From Myxococcota bacterium (GTDB taxonomy: Bacteria > Myxococcota_A > SURF-8), in the NCBI GenBank assembly GCA_963674735.2, contig CAXXQS010000001.1, positions 288,001 to 352,000 on the forward strand: a DNA stretch of 64,000 nt, written 5' to 3'. This document shows, piece by piece, positions 1 to 9,959 of this stretch. Both the position numbers and the translations under genes were made by a program. The first letter of the stretch is position 1. Each line of letters begins with the position of its first letter. The notes under the pieces were generated by a model. The model was not told the origin of the DNA and did no database searches. It saw nothing but the letters and a program-made list of their open reading frames with translations.

Positions 1-863
1 TTTCAAACTGCGCAGGCCGAAGGTTTCGAGGAAATCCTTGCTGGTGCCGTAGATCAGCGGGCGGCCCGCCTCTTCGCGTTTGCCGAGAATGCGCGCCAGA
101 CGCTTGTCCAGTAAAAGCTTGAGCACGCCGCCCACATCCACGCCGCGAATTTCCTCGATCTCGGCGCGCGTGACCGGCTGGCGATAGGCCACGATGGCAA
201 GGGTTTCCAGGGCTGGCCGTGACAGTCGCAGGGGCTTTGTTCGGAACAGCTCGCGGATGTACTCGGCGCAAATCGGATCGCTACGGAACTGATAGCCGGT
301 ACCCACTTCAACCAGATGTATGCCGAGGCTCGGGTCGTTCCACTTGTGCAACAGCGTATCCAGAACCTGTTTGATTTCCTGACTGCGCACGTTCGCCAAC
401 AGGCGTCGGATCGCCGAAAGCTTGAGCACGCGGCCATGGGCGAAGATCAGGCCTTCGATGATCTGGGTCAACTGGGCTTCCGGTATAGACCATTCGGGCA
501 GCGTGTCGTCGAGATCGGTGGCCACGGCTTTCGGTTGCGACTCATCGACCGGCGCGTCATCGACCGGCGTGTCATCGACCGGCGTGTCATCAAACTGCGC
601 TTCTTCCGGCTCGGTCTGTTCCGTATCGCTGGGCGGGTCGACTCGGGCTCCTCCGCTTCAGCGCTTTCCGTTTCGTTTGGTTCCGCTATCGCCGTTTTTT
701 CAGGTGCGTCGTGTTCGGTCATGACCGCTTCCGTCGGCGCGTCATCGCAATCTGCGGAACTGGGAACGTCGTTTGTGGATTCGTCGGGAGCCGTCGGCGT
801 TTCCGGGGATTGCTCCGGTTTGCCGGGGGCGTCATCCAACTTGTCTGTTTTAAAGTCGTTCAT
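1..863 (-). CDS. scpB: SMC-Scp complex subunit ScpB with long acidic N-terminal extension; apparent 1-nt frameshift near 640; 3' end runs off the window
   Basis: The frame reaching base 1 reads ...[11 protein letters not shown]...[38 protein letters not shown]...[18 protein letters not shown] (ScpB signature). This frame has a stop at 658-660, while the ATG at 863 is in another frame. It lies directly downstream of scpA. Confidence 0.88.
542..591 (-). repeat. 15-bp tandem repeat x3 (encodes [10 protein letters not shown] in the scpB linker)
   Basis: tcatcgaccggcg(c/t)g repeated three times. Confidence 0.85.
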
Positions 864-903
864 CGCCTGAGTGTCCTGAAAGAAAGCCTTGTTTCAGCAT
901 TCT

Positions 904-1779
904 TCATGTCGTTTCGCCCGAATCCGCCTCGGTGATGGCGGGGGCGTCTTGTACGGGTTCTTCTTCCAAGGTTACGCGTTCCATGATGGATTTATCATCG
1001 GGGGCATCCGGACGCATGGACAAGTAAATCTCACCCTGCACGCTGGTTTGAAACAGCCGCACGACGCGCATGCGGGCCAGTTCGAGAATGGCGAGAAAGG
1101 TGGTAACCAACTCCGGCCGGGTGTAGATGTCCTTGAAAAGATGACGAAAATCAACCCGTTTCGCGGCTCGCAGCTTGCTTAGCACGTCGCGGATCTTGTC
1201 TTCAACCTTGTAATTGTCGAGCTGCACCTTGTGCGGGGCATGAAGCTTGATTTTGTCGAGCAACTCCTGGAAAATACTAATCAATTCGAAAACCGAGACA
1301 TCTTCGATGTCCTGAGCTTCCGCGTTATCGCTTTTGGGGCGTTCGGGGGAGCGGACGTACACATCACGGTTCAACAGCGGTTTGCTGTCCAACTGCTCGG
1401 CGGCGGTTTTGTACTTTTGATACTCCAGCAGCCGTCGGACCAGTTCCTCGCGCGGGTCCATCAGGTCGTCGTCCGCCTCATCCTCGGGATCGTCGCTGGG
1501 GGGCAGCAGCATCTTGCTTTTGATATGCGCCAACGTGGCGGCCATCACCAGGAAGTCGCCAGCCAGATCCAGATTGAGCTTTTGGATAACCGCCATATAT
1601 TCCAGGTACTTCGCCAGGATTTCCGCAACCGGGATGTCGAAGATATCCATCTCGTGCTGCTTGATCAGGTGCAGCAGAAGGTCGAGCGGACCCTCGAAAC
1701 GCTCCAGTTCGACCATGAAACTGGTGGGCGATGATTCGAAGTCCATTGCTGGGGTGTTGGGGGTCGATTCCGTGCTCAC
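904..1779 (-). CDS. scpA: Segregation and condensation protein A
   Basis: FEGPLDLLLHLI...FLVMAATLAHIKSKMLLP...DPREELVRRLLEYQKYK...VTTFLAILEL; GTG at 1779 with AGGAG RBS. Confidence 0.95.
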   Translation of the reverse strand: MSTESTPNTPAMDFESSPTSFMVELERFEGPLDLLLHLIKQHEMDIFDIPVAEILAKYLEYMAVIQKLNLDLAGDFLVMAATLAHIKSKMLLPPSDDPEDEADDDLMDPREELVRRLLEYQKYKTAAEQLDSKPLLNRDVYVRSPERPKSDNAEAQDIEDVSVFELISIFQELLDKIKLHAPHKVQLDNYKVEDKIRDVLSKLRAAKRVDFRHLFKDIYTRPELVTTFLAILELARMRVVRLFQTSVQGEIYLSMRPDAPDDKSIMERVTLEEEPVQDAPAITEADSGETT

Positions 1780-2001
1780 ATTTTTCTCCTTTGCGAGTTC
1801 TGCGTTTGTAGCTTGGATGGCGCGGAATTGCAAGCGCTTTCATTCAGGAAAACACAGGGAGGGCACTATTATTAGCGGGTGACGGAAAGAAAGGTCGATC
1901 GGCAAAGAACGACAGCCGGGAGGTGAGTCGTTTTTCGAGCCAAACTTCGGGAGATGAAGCGGGATGTGTTTTGCAACATGCCGATATTTATACGAAAACG
2001 G

Positions 2002-3843
2002 CTACAGCGGATCGGGCCCCGGACCATCCGCGGTGCGGGGGAGCAATCGTTTTGCGTCGATCATCGTCAGCCGACCGGCGTGGGTGATGGAATGAACGCC
2101 GATGATGGATTCGTCCCAATCCGGTTCGATGACCGACCTTTCCCGCTCTTCGTACTCTCGCTCGTTCAAGCGGACGACCTGGTGAACGCGGATTCCATAT
2201 CCGTAGTTTTCCGAACAATCTTGTCCGGGGCGATACAGGTTGCCGTTGTGCTGGAACAGCGCGCCCGCCATGCGTGCGCGGCGCACATCCGAAACGATGG
2301 GATTGTAGGGATGCGGACGCCATGGGCCGTGAATCGAATCGGAATAGAACAGGAACAATTCGTCGCAACTCGACATGCCCTCGGTTTCCATGATGTTCGT
2401 GAACAGCCACCATTTTCCGTCATGGCGATGCAAAACGGTATCGACGGCATGCACGTTGTCCAGCAAAGTTTTTTCAAAGGTCCAACGGTTGGGGAATTCC
2501 TCGCATCGGTACAAATCGATGCGGCGTTTGGATGCCGATTCGGGGACCATGTAGAGCTTTCCTTCCGCTTCGAAGACGAAGGGGAAGGAAAGGTGCCAGG
2601 GCTCTTCCAACACGACCTGCGGCGAGCCGAGCGTGCCGTCGGCTTCCATTGTCATCACCGAGATGTGGCCTTTTTTCTGCCGGTAAAGGACTTCTTCGAA
2701 GAAGATGTAATAGCGGCCGTCCCGTTCGATGGCGTGCGGGTCCGCCCAGAAACGATCCGGGGGAGGGAGAATCGGCTTGTAGCGCCAGAAAGAGGTCGCG
2801 AGTTCATCGCGCAGATCGTATAGCAGGAACCAATGCTCGAAGTTTTGTTCAAGTGTCTCGATGCGCTGATGAAAACGGGCTTGATGCTTTTCGAGCAGGG
2901 GACCGAAGGTTTTGTTCGGGGGGACGCTGTAATTCGGCTTGGAATAGAAAAACAGATCCTGGTTATAGGGACGACAGCGCCTGAAAAATTCCTCCTCGCC
3001 AACCTCGTGTAATTCTTGAAGCTTGCGCGGGATGAACAGCATCGTTTTCCAGTACATCGGATTGCGCGAGAGATAGACGTAATCGGGCATGGTGGCCGAC
3101 CAGGAGCGAAAGAGAACCGTTCCGTTGTCCAGGTCTTCGGTCAGGATCTGCAGAATCGATCCGGTGACGGGATTTCCCTCGAAAACCTCCCAGAATCCGG
3201 CCGGTCCTCCGCGATACTCGAAATTGTCGCCGTGGTGAAGCGACCAGACGCCGTACTTGGCGGCCTGTAGGATCGATCCCTTGAGAATGCGGAACCCAAG
3301 GCGAATCAAGACGTCCAGGTGCTGTTCGCGTATCCGTTCGACTTCTTCTTCGTTGAAGCGATCCACAAAGCCCGACCGTTTCGGATGCACGTTTAATACG
3401 TCGACATCGTTAAACAAATCCGATAGGTCTTTCGGCTTGAAAGCCCACCTGTCTACCGATTTGGGGAGGTAACGTTCCTCGTTTTGCATCCAATTCGCAT
3501 ATTGCGAGATGCTGGTGTCGTCTTGCTCTTGAGGGGGAAGCGCTTCGCCTCTGAGTCGTCGTTTCGCGTCGGCCATGGCCTGGCGCGTGTGCGTCCGGGT
3601 TATGGAAAGCCGTCGCCGTATCGGCAGCGGGAGCTGGTCCTTGATGAATGAGGCCAGGTTTCGCTTTCCAGGCGACTGCGCAGGGGGCGGCGAAGGGGGC
3701 TGGGCCGGTTGCGTGGGTTGTTCGTTCAGAATCACCAGGCAAACTTCCGCATAATCGCCGTTTTGGATTTTTTCCAACATTTCGCGCGTCCACGCAAGAC
3801 CTTGGAAAGAATCCAGCATCACCCCGATTCGAAGCTTGTTCAT
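2002..3843 (-). CDS. Formyltransferase-like N-terminal domain fused to a GH43/GINT1-like beta-propeller (polysaccharide-related)
   Basis: LDVLIRLGFRIL..GVWSLHHGD..YRGGPAGFWE (formyltransferase fold); FWADPH..YIFFEE..HLSFPFVF..YMVPES..ARMAG..YRPGQDCS..YG (propeller). Confidence 0.7.
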   Translation of the reverse strand: MNKLRIGVMLDSFQGLAWTREMLEKIQNGDYAEVCLVILNEQPTQPAQPPSPPPAQSPGKRNLASFIKDQLPLPIRRRLSITRTHTRQAMADAKRRLRGEALPPQEQDDTSISQYANWMQNEERYLPKSVDRWAFKPKDLSDLFNDVDVLNVHPKRSGFVDRFNEEEVERIREQHLDVLIRLGFRILKGSILQAAKYGVWSLHHGDNFEYRGGPAGFWEVFEGNPVTGSILQILTEDLDNGTVLFRSWSATMPDYVYLSRNPMYWKTMLFIPRKLQELHEVGEEEFFRRCRPYNQDLFFYSKPNYSVPPNKTFGPLLEKHQARFHQRIETLEQNFEHWFLLYDLRDELATSFWRYKPILPPPDRFWADPHAIERDGRYYIFFEEVLYRQKKGHISVMTMEADGTLGSPQVVLEEPWHLSFPFVFEAEGKLYMVPESASKRRIDLYRCEEFPNRWTFEKTLLDNVHAVDTVLHRHDGKWWLFTNIMETEGMSSCDELFLFYSDSIHGPWRPHPYNPIVSDVRRARMAGALFQHNGNLYRPGQDCSENYGYGIRVHQVVRLNEREYEERERSVIEPDWDESIIGVHSITHAGRLTMIDAKRLLPRTADGPGPDPL

Positions 3844-4000
3844 CGTGATTCCTTGGCTTGGAGCGGCGAATCAGCCGGTCGCTTCACTCATACGCATTCC
3901 CGAAAGTCAGATCGTACTCTAGCCAGAGTCCGCCGATTCGTCAACCCTGCCGGATAGCGCTGGACTGGCCCCCTTCGGCTCGATCGAATGCGCCGCTCTT

Positions 4001-4768
4001 TTATTTGCCTTCATGTTCGTGTTTGTGCGGAGCATCCGGCGCATGCAGGAGGTCGTGCTTATGCTTGTGGGCTTTTTCTCCGTGTTCCGCATGCTGGGCG
4101 GCATCGACATCCGCATGGGTGTGCGGATGCACGTGGGCGTGCTCATGGTCGTGCGAATGGGTGACGCCGTCTTTGTGCGTATGCTCGTGGGCGTGCGCGT
4201 GGGAATGATCGTGCTCGTGGGCGTGCGGGTCGTTATGGGCGTGATGATGATGGCTCTCGGAGTCGTCGTGGTCGTGGGGCACTCCCAGCATGTGCTGCAG
4301 CAAATGCTCTTTGCCCTCCAGGCTTTCCGCCCAGGCATCGCTGGCATCGTCGCGGGAGTCGATGGTTTTCAGGTAAGGCTTGATATCGAGAATCGGGGTG
4401 CCGTCGTAGAAATCGAGCGGCGAGGTGTAGATGGTATTTCCTTCCACCTTCAGTACTTTTACGATGCTCAAACCCAAGGGGCTCGGTCGCTTCGGGGAGC
4501 GGGCGGCGAAAATGCCGATCTCGACGCCATCGAGCCACGGGGGGCGCGCCGAAAGGGGGGCTTTTTCCTGCCAGGCGAAATATCCCACCACGTAAATGTG
4601 GGAACAATCCGCCACACGATCCAGGCCGTCGCTGTAAGCCGGGTCGATCTCGATGCGGAAAAGCCCCGGTTCCACATCGCGCCGAAGGGGTTGATGGGGC
4701 GTGAAATCGGGATCGTAAGGGGTATGGGCCTGTCCGATAAACCGCATTTTCAGCAACTGTTCCGTCAC
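4001..4768 (-). CDS. TrmO/TsaA-family SAM-binding protein with His-rich C-terminal tail
   Basis: FIGQAHTPY..PHQ..GIFAARSPKRPSPLGLSIVKV..LDFYDGTPILDIKPY; last ~90 aa are very His-rich. Confidence 0.85.
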   Translation of the reverse strand: MTEQLLKMRFIGQAHTPYDPDFTPHQPLRRDVEPGLFRIEIDPAYSDGLDRVADCSHIYVVGYFAWQEKAPLSARPPWLDGVEIGIFAARSPKRPSPLGLSIVKVLKVEGNTIYTSPLDFYDGTPILDIKPYLKTIDSRDDASDAWAESLEGKEHLLQHMLGVPHDHDDSESHHHHAHNDPHAHEHDHSHAHAHEHTHKDGVTHSHDHEHAHVHPHTHADVDAAQHAEHGEKAHKHKHDLLHAPDAPHKHEHEGK

Positions 4769-4893
4769 GAGCCATCTCCTTGATTGAGGTGCATTATTTC
4801 AGCAATCACGGAATATATCCGGCCACTGATCGTACCACTCTTAGAAGGGATTGTCCCCCAAAAACTTCCCAAAACCGGACAAGGAGGTACGCC

Positions 4894-5508
4894 GTGAGCG
4901 AGCAGGATTTGAAGCCCAAGCGATTAGGAAGCGCCATCGAGATCGCCACCGAAAAAATCAAGTCCCTGGATGCCGAAAAACGGGCCCGCGACATCGGTGT
5001 TGAATGGGATGGCGAAGCTTTTCTCTTCAGGTATTTCGGACGCCCCGTCCGGGTCGTCCAGGCCACCGGAGAATGCACGGTCGACGGGCGTTCCGCCCCC
5101 GGTTTCGATACGGTGCTGATCATGCACTATTTAACCGGCGCCACCCCCAACGATCTGGATCATTGCTGGATCTCGTTTCGCGAGTTGCCCGACGGGATGC
5201 CCTACCTCGCGGCCTTTCTCGAACGCGCACCGGGTGTGATCGCGAAAACCTTCGACGGCGATCCCGATTGGTTTTCCCAGGCGCTGCAGAATCTGGGGGC
5301 GACACGTGACCCCGCCTTGCCCGGGCTGGCCTTCACGCTGTCGGCCTTTCCCCGGCTGCCGCTGGCGGTGATTTTTCACGAGGGCGAGCCGGGCTTACCC
5401 GCCGATGCGACGATTCTGTTCGACTCCAGCGCGCCTTTGCATTTCTGCGCCGAAGACCTGGCGGTGTTGGGTGAACGACTGGCCAACCGGCTGGCGCACA
5501 GCGCGTGA
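4894..5508 (+). CDS. DUF3786-like protein
   Basis: LIMHYL..WISFRELPDGMPY..F..FPRLPLAVIFHEGEPGLPADATILFD..AEDLAVLG pattern; GTG start with AAGGAGG RBS. Confidence 0.75.
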   Translation: MSEQDLKPKRLGSAIEIATEKIKSLDAEKRARDIGVEWDGEAFLFRYFGRPVRVVQATGECTVDGRSAPGFDTVLIMHYLTGATPNDLDHCWISFRELPDGMPYLAAFLERAPGVIAKTFDGDPDWFSQALQNLGATRDPALPGLAFTLSAFPRLPLAVIFHEGEPGLPADATILFDSSAPLHFCAEDLAVLGERLANRLAHSA

Positions 5509-5545
5509 AAGCTTAATACGCAATAAATACAAAAAAGGTCCGGTT

Positions 5546-5563
5546 CCTTGACGTACGTCAAGG
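5546..5563. promoter_or_regulatory. FNR/HcpR-type binding site upstream of hcp
   Basis: Perfect 18-bp palindrome CCTTGACGTACGTCAAGG (TTGAC-N4-GTCAA), ~100 bp before the hcp ATG. Confidence 0.8.
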
Positions 5564-5661
5564 CGGTCTCATCGCTGCTTTGGCAAAGTGTGAAACAAGG
5601 CTGAAAGCCAATGTGTTTAACGGCACGACGAGTAACACGACAACCAAGCAAAGGAGACGAC

Positions 5662-7299
5662 ATGTTTTGCTATCAATGCGAACAGACCGCGAAGGGGACC
5701 GGCTGTACGGTCAAGGGCGTGTGCGGAAAGGATCCCGAAGTCGCCATGCTGCAGGACTGGCTGCTCTACGGTATTAAGGGGTTGAGCGTGATTGCCCACA
5801 AAGCCGGGCAACTCGGTGTCCGCGATGAGGCGATCGACCTGTTTGCCGTCAAAGGGTTGTTCAGTACGATTACCAATGTCAATTTCGATCCCGAACGCCT
5901 GCGGGGTCTGCTGGCCGTACTGGAACATCAGCGCGAACGCGCCCTGACGCTTTACCGAGAAGCCTGCCAGGCGAAAGGTGTCACCCCCGAAAGCTTCGAT
6001 CCGATTGCCTGGCATGCCGAAACCGACGTTGCGGCTCAGGAAGCGAAAGCCGACGTGATTTCGATTGCGGCGCGCAAAGACAAGCTGGGTGAAGACATCA
6101 CCGCGCTTCAGGAACTGATCACTTACGGACTCAAGGGACTGGCGGCCTATGTCGATCATGCCCAGGTTCTCGGCCAATCCGATCCGGCGGTTTACGCCTT
6201 TGTACACGAGGGTATGGCTTTTCTCACCGAAACCCACGAACTGGGGGAGTGGGTCGGGATGGCGCTCAAGGTGGGGGAAGTGAACCTGCGCGCCATGGAA
6301 CTGCTCGACGCTGCTAATACCGGCACCTACGGCCACCCGGAACCTACCCAAGTGCGGGTGACGCCCATCAAAGGCAAGTGTATCCTGGTCTCGGGGCACG
6401 ACCTGAAAGACCTGAAGGCGCTGCTGGAGCAGACGGAAGGGAAGGGCATCAATGTCTATACGCACGGCGAAATGCTGCCCACCAATGCCTACCCCGAGTT
6501 GAAAAAACACAAGCATCTGGTGGGTAATTACGGGGGTGCCTGGCAGGATCAACGCAAGGAATTCGAAGCTTTTCCGGGCGCGATTCTCATGACGACCAAC
6601 TGCATCCAGCGTCCGACCGACACTTACAAGGTCCGCATCTTCACCACCGGTCTGGTAGCCTGGCCGGGCGTCACGCATGTTGCGTCGCAGGCGTTCGCGC
6701 CGGTGATCGAAGCCGCGTTGGCCGCTCCCGGCTTCACTGAAGACGCTCCCGAAAAGCGTATCTGGATCGGCTTTGCACGCAATGCCGTGATGGAGGCCGC
6801 CGGAAAAGTGGTGGAATTGGTCAAAGCGGGCAAGGTGAAGCATTTCTTCCTGATCGGCGGTTGCGACGGCGCGAAGAGCGGCCGCAACTACTACACCGAT
6901 CTGGCTCAGGCGGTGCCCGACGACGCACTGATCCTGACGCTGGCCTGCGGGAAATACCGCTTCAATAAACTGGAGTATGGCGACATCGAGGGCATTCCGC
7001 GTCTGTTGGATGTGGGTCAGTGCAACGATGCGTATTCGGCCGTGCAGATTGCGGTGGCCTTGGCCGAGGCTTTCGAGACGGATGTCAATTCGCTGCCGCT
7101 CTCGTTCATTTTGTCCTGGTACGAGCAGAAGGCGGTGGTGATTTTGCTGAGTCTGCTGCATCTCGGCATCAAAAATATCCGCCTGGGACCGACGCTGCCC
7201 GCCTTCGTGACCCCGGCGATTTTGGATGTGCTGGTGGAGAACTTCGCGATCAAGCCCATCACCACGGTAGAGGAAGATCTGGCGGCCATTCTCGGGTAA
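5662..7299 (+). CDS. hcp: Hybrid-cluster protein (hydroxylamine/NO reductase)
   Basis: MFCYQCEQTAKGTGCTVKGVCGK, SGHDL, THGEMLP, MTTNCI, GGCDG, DVGQCND, SWYEQKA; AAGGAG RBS. Confidence 0.97.
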   Translation: MFCYQCEQTAKGTGCTVKGVCGKDPEVAMLQDWLLYGIKGLSVIAHKAGQLGVRDEAIDLFAVKGLFSTITNVNFDPERLRGLLAVLEHQRERALTLYREACQAKGVTPESFDPIAWHAETDVAAQEAKADVISIAARKDKLGEDITALQELITYGLKGLAAYVDHAQVLGQSDPAVYAFVHEGMAFLTETHELGEWVGMALKVGEVNLRAMELLDAANTGTYGHPEPTQVRVTPIKGKCILVSGHDLKDLKALLEQTEGKGINVYTHGEMLPTNAYPELKKHKHLVGNYGGAWQDQRKEFEAFPGAILMTTNCIQRPTDTYKVRIFTTGLVAWPGVTHVASQAFAPVIEAALAAPGFTEDAPEKRIWIGFARNAVMEAAGKVVELVKAGKVKHFFLIGGCDGAKSGRNYYTDLAQAVPDDALILTLACGKYRFNKLEYGDIEGIPRLLDVGQCNDAYSAVQIAVALAEAFETDVNSLPLSFILSWYEQKAVVILLSLLHLGIKNIRLGPTLPAFVTPAILDVLVENFAIKPITTVEEDLAAILG

Positions 7300-7337
7300 A
7301 TCGAGCATGAAAGCCTTACGCTGTTGAGTGATTCTGC

Positions 7338-7371
7338 AACCGGCCCGCCGAAAACGGGTCGGTTTTTTTTT
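7338..7371 (+). terminator. Rho-independent terminator after hcp
   Basis: aaccggcccg-loop-cgggtcggtt followed by a T run. Confidence 0.85.
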
Positions 7372-7647
7372 GGGCGCGCGTCGTGGTCGCGGCGTTGGTA
7401 ACGGGCTTCGACTCTCATGGATGTCCGAACGAGAATGTTTGATCCCCATGATTTTTCGCGAAAACGGGAGATGGGGCATTCCCTTTCTTTTCTCGTTAGA
7501 TGTCTTTTAGCGGTTGCGCCTTCGGTCTTGTTCTGGTAACTTTTGAGGTTAGATTGAGGTTGGTTTGAACGGCGGTTACTGCCGCGGATACGCTGTTCGT
7601 TTTCATCGATTCCTTCGTGCTTGCGGTATATCGGAAGAGGTAGATAG

Positions 7648-9420
7648 ATGTTGGCTTCGCGCTTGTTTGTCCGGCTGGTTGTTTCGGCCGCCCTCCTGTT
7701 GCTTGTTTCTCCCTTAAATGCCGAAATTCAAACCGAAATGAGCGTGGCGACACCGGCGGTGCGTGCCGCCTACGATTTCGGAGAGTGTGAGACCATCGAC
7801 GGCGTTTGTTATCAGCCGTTACGTGTCACCCTCGACCGGCACCCGGACGCTTTCGAGCCGAAAGCCGATGAACCGGTGAAACTATGGCGCATCGACGGCA
7901 AGACCGGTGCCGAGACCTATTTCGAGTTCGATCGGGCCGATGCTCCCGAATTCATTCCGCAGGACTGGATGGACGCGGAAGCGAACGAGGCGCCGCCGTC
8001 TTTTAAGAACAACATCCGTACCGCCATCGACGAAACCGATGAATACCCCTACAGCTCGGTGCTCAAGCTTTACATGCAGGTCCCCGGCACCCAATACGGT
8101 GCGGTTTGTTCCGGCATGATGGCCGGGGCGACCAACGTGGCGTTGACGGCGGGGCACTGTGTTTACAGCAACGACGCCGACCAGGGTATCCCCGAGGGCG
8201 CGCTGGATGTGATGTACGTGATTCCCGGTATGAACGGCGAAGTACATCCCTTCGGGATCGCCTCCGACGAAGAGTTGTGGGTGCCCGACGCCTGGAAGTC
8301 GGGCGGCAACAATGCGTTCAATTACGATTGGGCCGTGTTGCGCCTCAATCGCGATGTCGGCGAACGCACTCACTGGATGACCCTCGTCGCCGATAATGTC
8401 TCGGACAATTACTTCTACGGCGAGACCATCCACGTGCTCGGTTATCCGGGCGATTTGCGCGACGGCGAGTATATGTATCACGTTCAGGGGAATTTTCTCG
8501 GCGTTTCGGGCAATGTCCTCTATCACGATGCGTATGTGTACCAGGGGAACTCGGGTGGCCCTACCTACATTAATACCGGAGCAACGAATCCGTACCAGAT
8601 TGTCGGCATCGTTTCGCACAGCACCTATTACGCCGGAAGAGAAGTCACCGGCTCCACCATGATCAAGTCGGCGGTGACGACAGCTTTGCGCGAGGCGGCC
8701 GATTGCGGGAACGGTTGTGCGGTCGGTGAGCGGGAGTGCGTGAACGGGACGAATTACCGGGAATGCATCACCAATTCCTATGGCTGCAACGTGTGGAGCT
8801 GGAATACGGTATGTGTGGGTGGCAAAGTCTGCGTGAATGACGGCCAATGTACCGGCGGTTGCGAACACACCTGTACTGAAGGAAAGAAAACCTGCGGTTC
8901 CGATACGGGCGTGTCCGTTTGCGAAGTCGGCAACGAAGGTTGCTGGGTCTGGAGCGAGCCCGAGGAATGTGCGCGCGGGGAGGTGTGTGACGGTGGAGAA
9001 TGTGTCGATGGACCGGCCGATGGCGATATCCCGGTGGACGGTGATACCCCGGCCGATTGCTCGGGAAGCTGCCAGCCGGGCGCAGACGCTTTTTGCGTGT
9101 CGTCCATGGTTCTCTGTGAGTGCCGCGCCATGCAGTGGACCTTGAGCGATTGCTCGTTATACTGCCTGGAGGACGGGATGACCCTCAAAGGGTGCAGCTA
9201 TCACCCTGGCCAGCAAGCCGAGGTTTGTCTGTGCCAAGACCACGATACGCCGGTTGATGGCGATGCGCCCGATGGTGATGATTCGGACGACGATGGGGAC
9301 GGCAAAGGGATGACGGTCGGGAACGGTGGCTGTCGGCAGAGTGGCAATGGACCGCTTTGGGGGCTGGGGCTGCTTCTTTTAGTTTGGGGCGGTTTGATCC
9401 GGCGACGCGTCACCGGCTGA
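7648..9420 (+). CDS. Secreted trypsin-like (V8/S1B-type) serine protease with Cys-rich repeats, DGD linker and MYXO-CTERM-like anchor
   Basis: Signal peptide; LTAGHC, YDWAVL, GNSGGP catalytic triad motifs; C-terminus GGC..GPLWGLGLLLLVWGGLIRRR. Confidence 0.85.
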   Translation: MLASRLFVRLVVSAALLLLVSPLNAEIQTEMSVATPAVRAAYDFGECETIDGVCYQPLRVTLDRHPDAFEPKADEPVKLWRIDGKTGAETYFEFDRADAPEFIPQDWMDAEANEAPPSFKNNIRTAIDETDEYPYSSVLKLYMQVPGTQYGAVCSGMMAGATNVALTAGHCVYSNDADQGIPEGALDVMYVIPGMNGEVHPFGIASDEELWVPDAWKSGGNNAFNYDWAVLRLNRDVGERTHWMTLVADNVSDNYFYGETIHVLGYPGDLRDGEYMYHVQGNFLGVSGNVLYHDAYVYQGNSGGPTYINTGATNPYQIVGIVSHSTYYAGREVTGSTMIKSAVTTALREAADCGNGCAVGERECVNGTNYRECITNSYGCNVWSWNTVCVGGKVCVNDGQCTGGCEHTCTEGKKTCGSDTGVSVCEVGNEGCWVWSEPEECARGEVCDGGECVDGPADGDIPVDGDTPADCSGSCQPGADAFCVSSMVLCECRAMQWTLSDCSLYCLEDGMTLKGCSYHPGQQAEVCLCQDHDTPVDGDAPDGDDSDDDGDGKGMTVGNGGCRQSGNGPLWGLGLLLLVWGGLIRRRVTG

Positions 9421-9477
9421 AAACGAGACCTTTTTCGGACGAAATCGACGGGTTTATCCACATAATTTAGATCCGAT

Positions 9478-9512
9478 GGGCCGCTTGCCTTGGGCAGACG
9501 GCTCGTTTTTTT
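9478..9512 (+). terminator. Probable Rho-independent terminator
   Basis: GC-rich hairpin followed by T7. Confidence 0.65.
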
Positions 9513-9959
9513 GGCCGGAACCGGCCTTAGTCGTACAATTTTTGGAACACCAAGTTAGTCGCAATGGTTATGAATGGTGGATTCTATGGTTATCGAAAAG
9601 GATCGGGCGGAGAAGAGATGGTGGGGCTTGAAGCTGTAAAAAGCAAATATAATCAATCCGTTACGGGGAGTCTTGCTGAGCCTTTTTCTTTGATAACCTA
9701 TCGGAATGGGTCTAAGAACAAAATACCATTGAGCTGGGAAGCGTTTTTTCTTGAACTTCTTAGCGGTTTCCCTTATCCCTTCTAATTGTTTTCCGCGACC
9801 AGCGAAAAGAGTTCGAAGGAAAGGATCGGTTACAAGAGCGTGTATCAGCCTCGGATTTATCGTATGAGCGTAAATTTGATGAGGTTCGATCATCAACCAG
9901 ATGACGGGGTTTTCTCCCGTGTAGGCTCATTCCATCAATAGAAGGAAGGAGATTCGGAA

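Noticed and set aside
9454-9462. Perfect DnaA box TTATCCACA as a sign of oriC
   Set aside because: It is a single box with no cluster and no dnaA/dnaN context.
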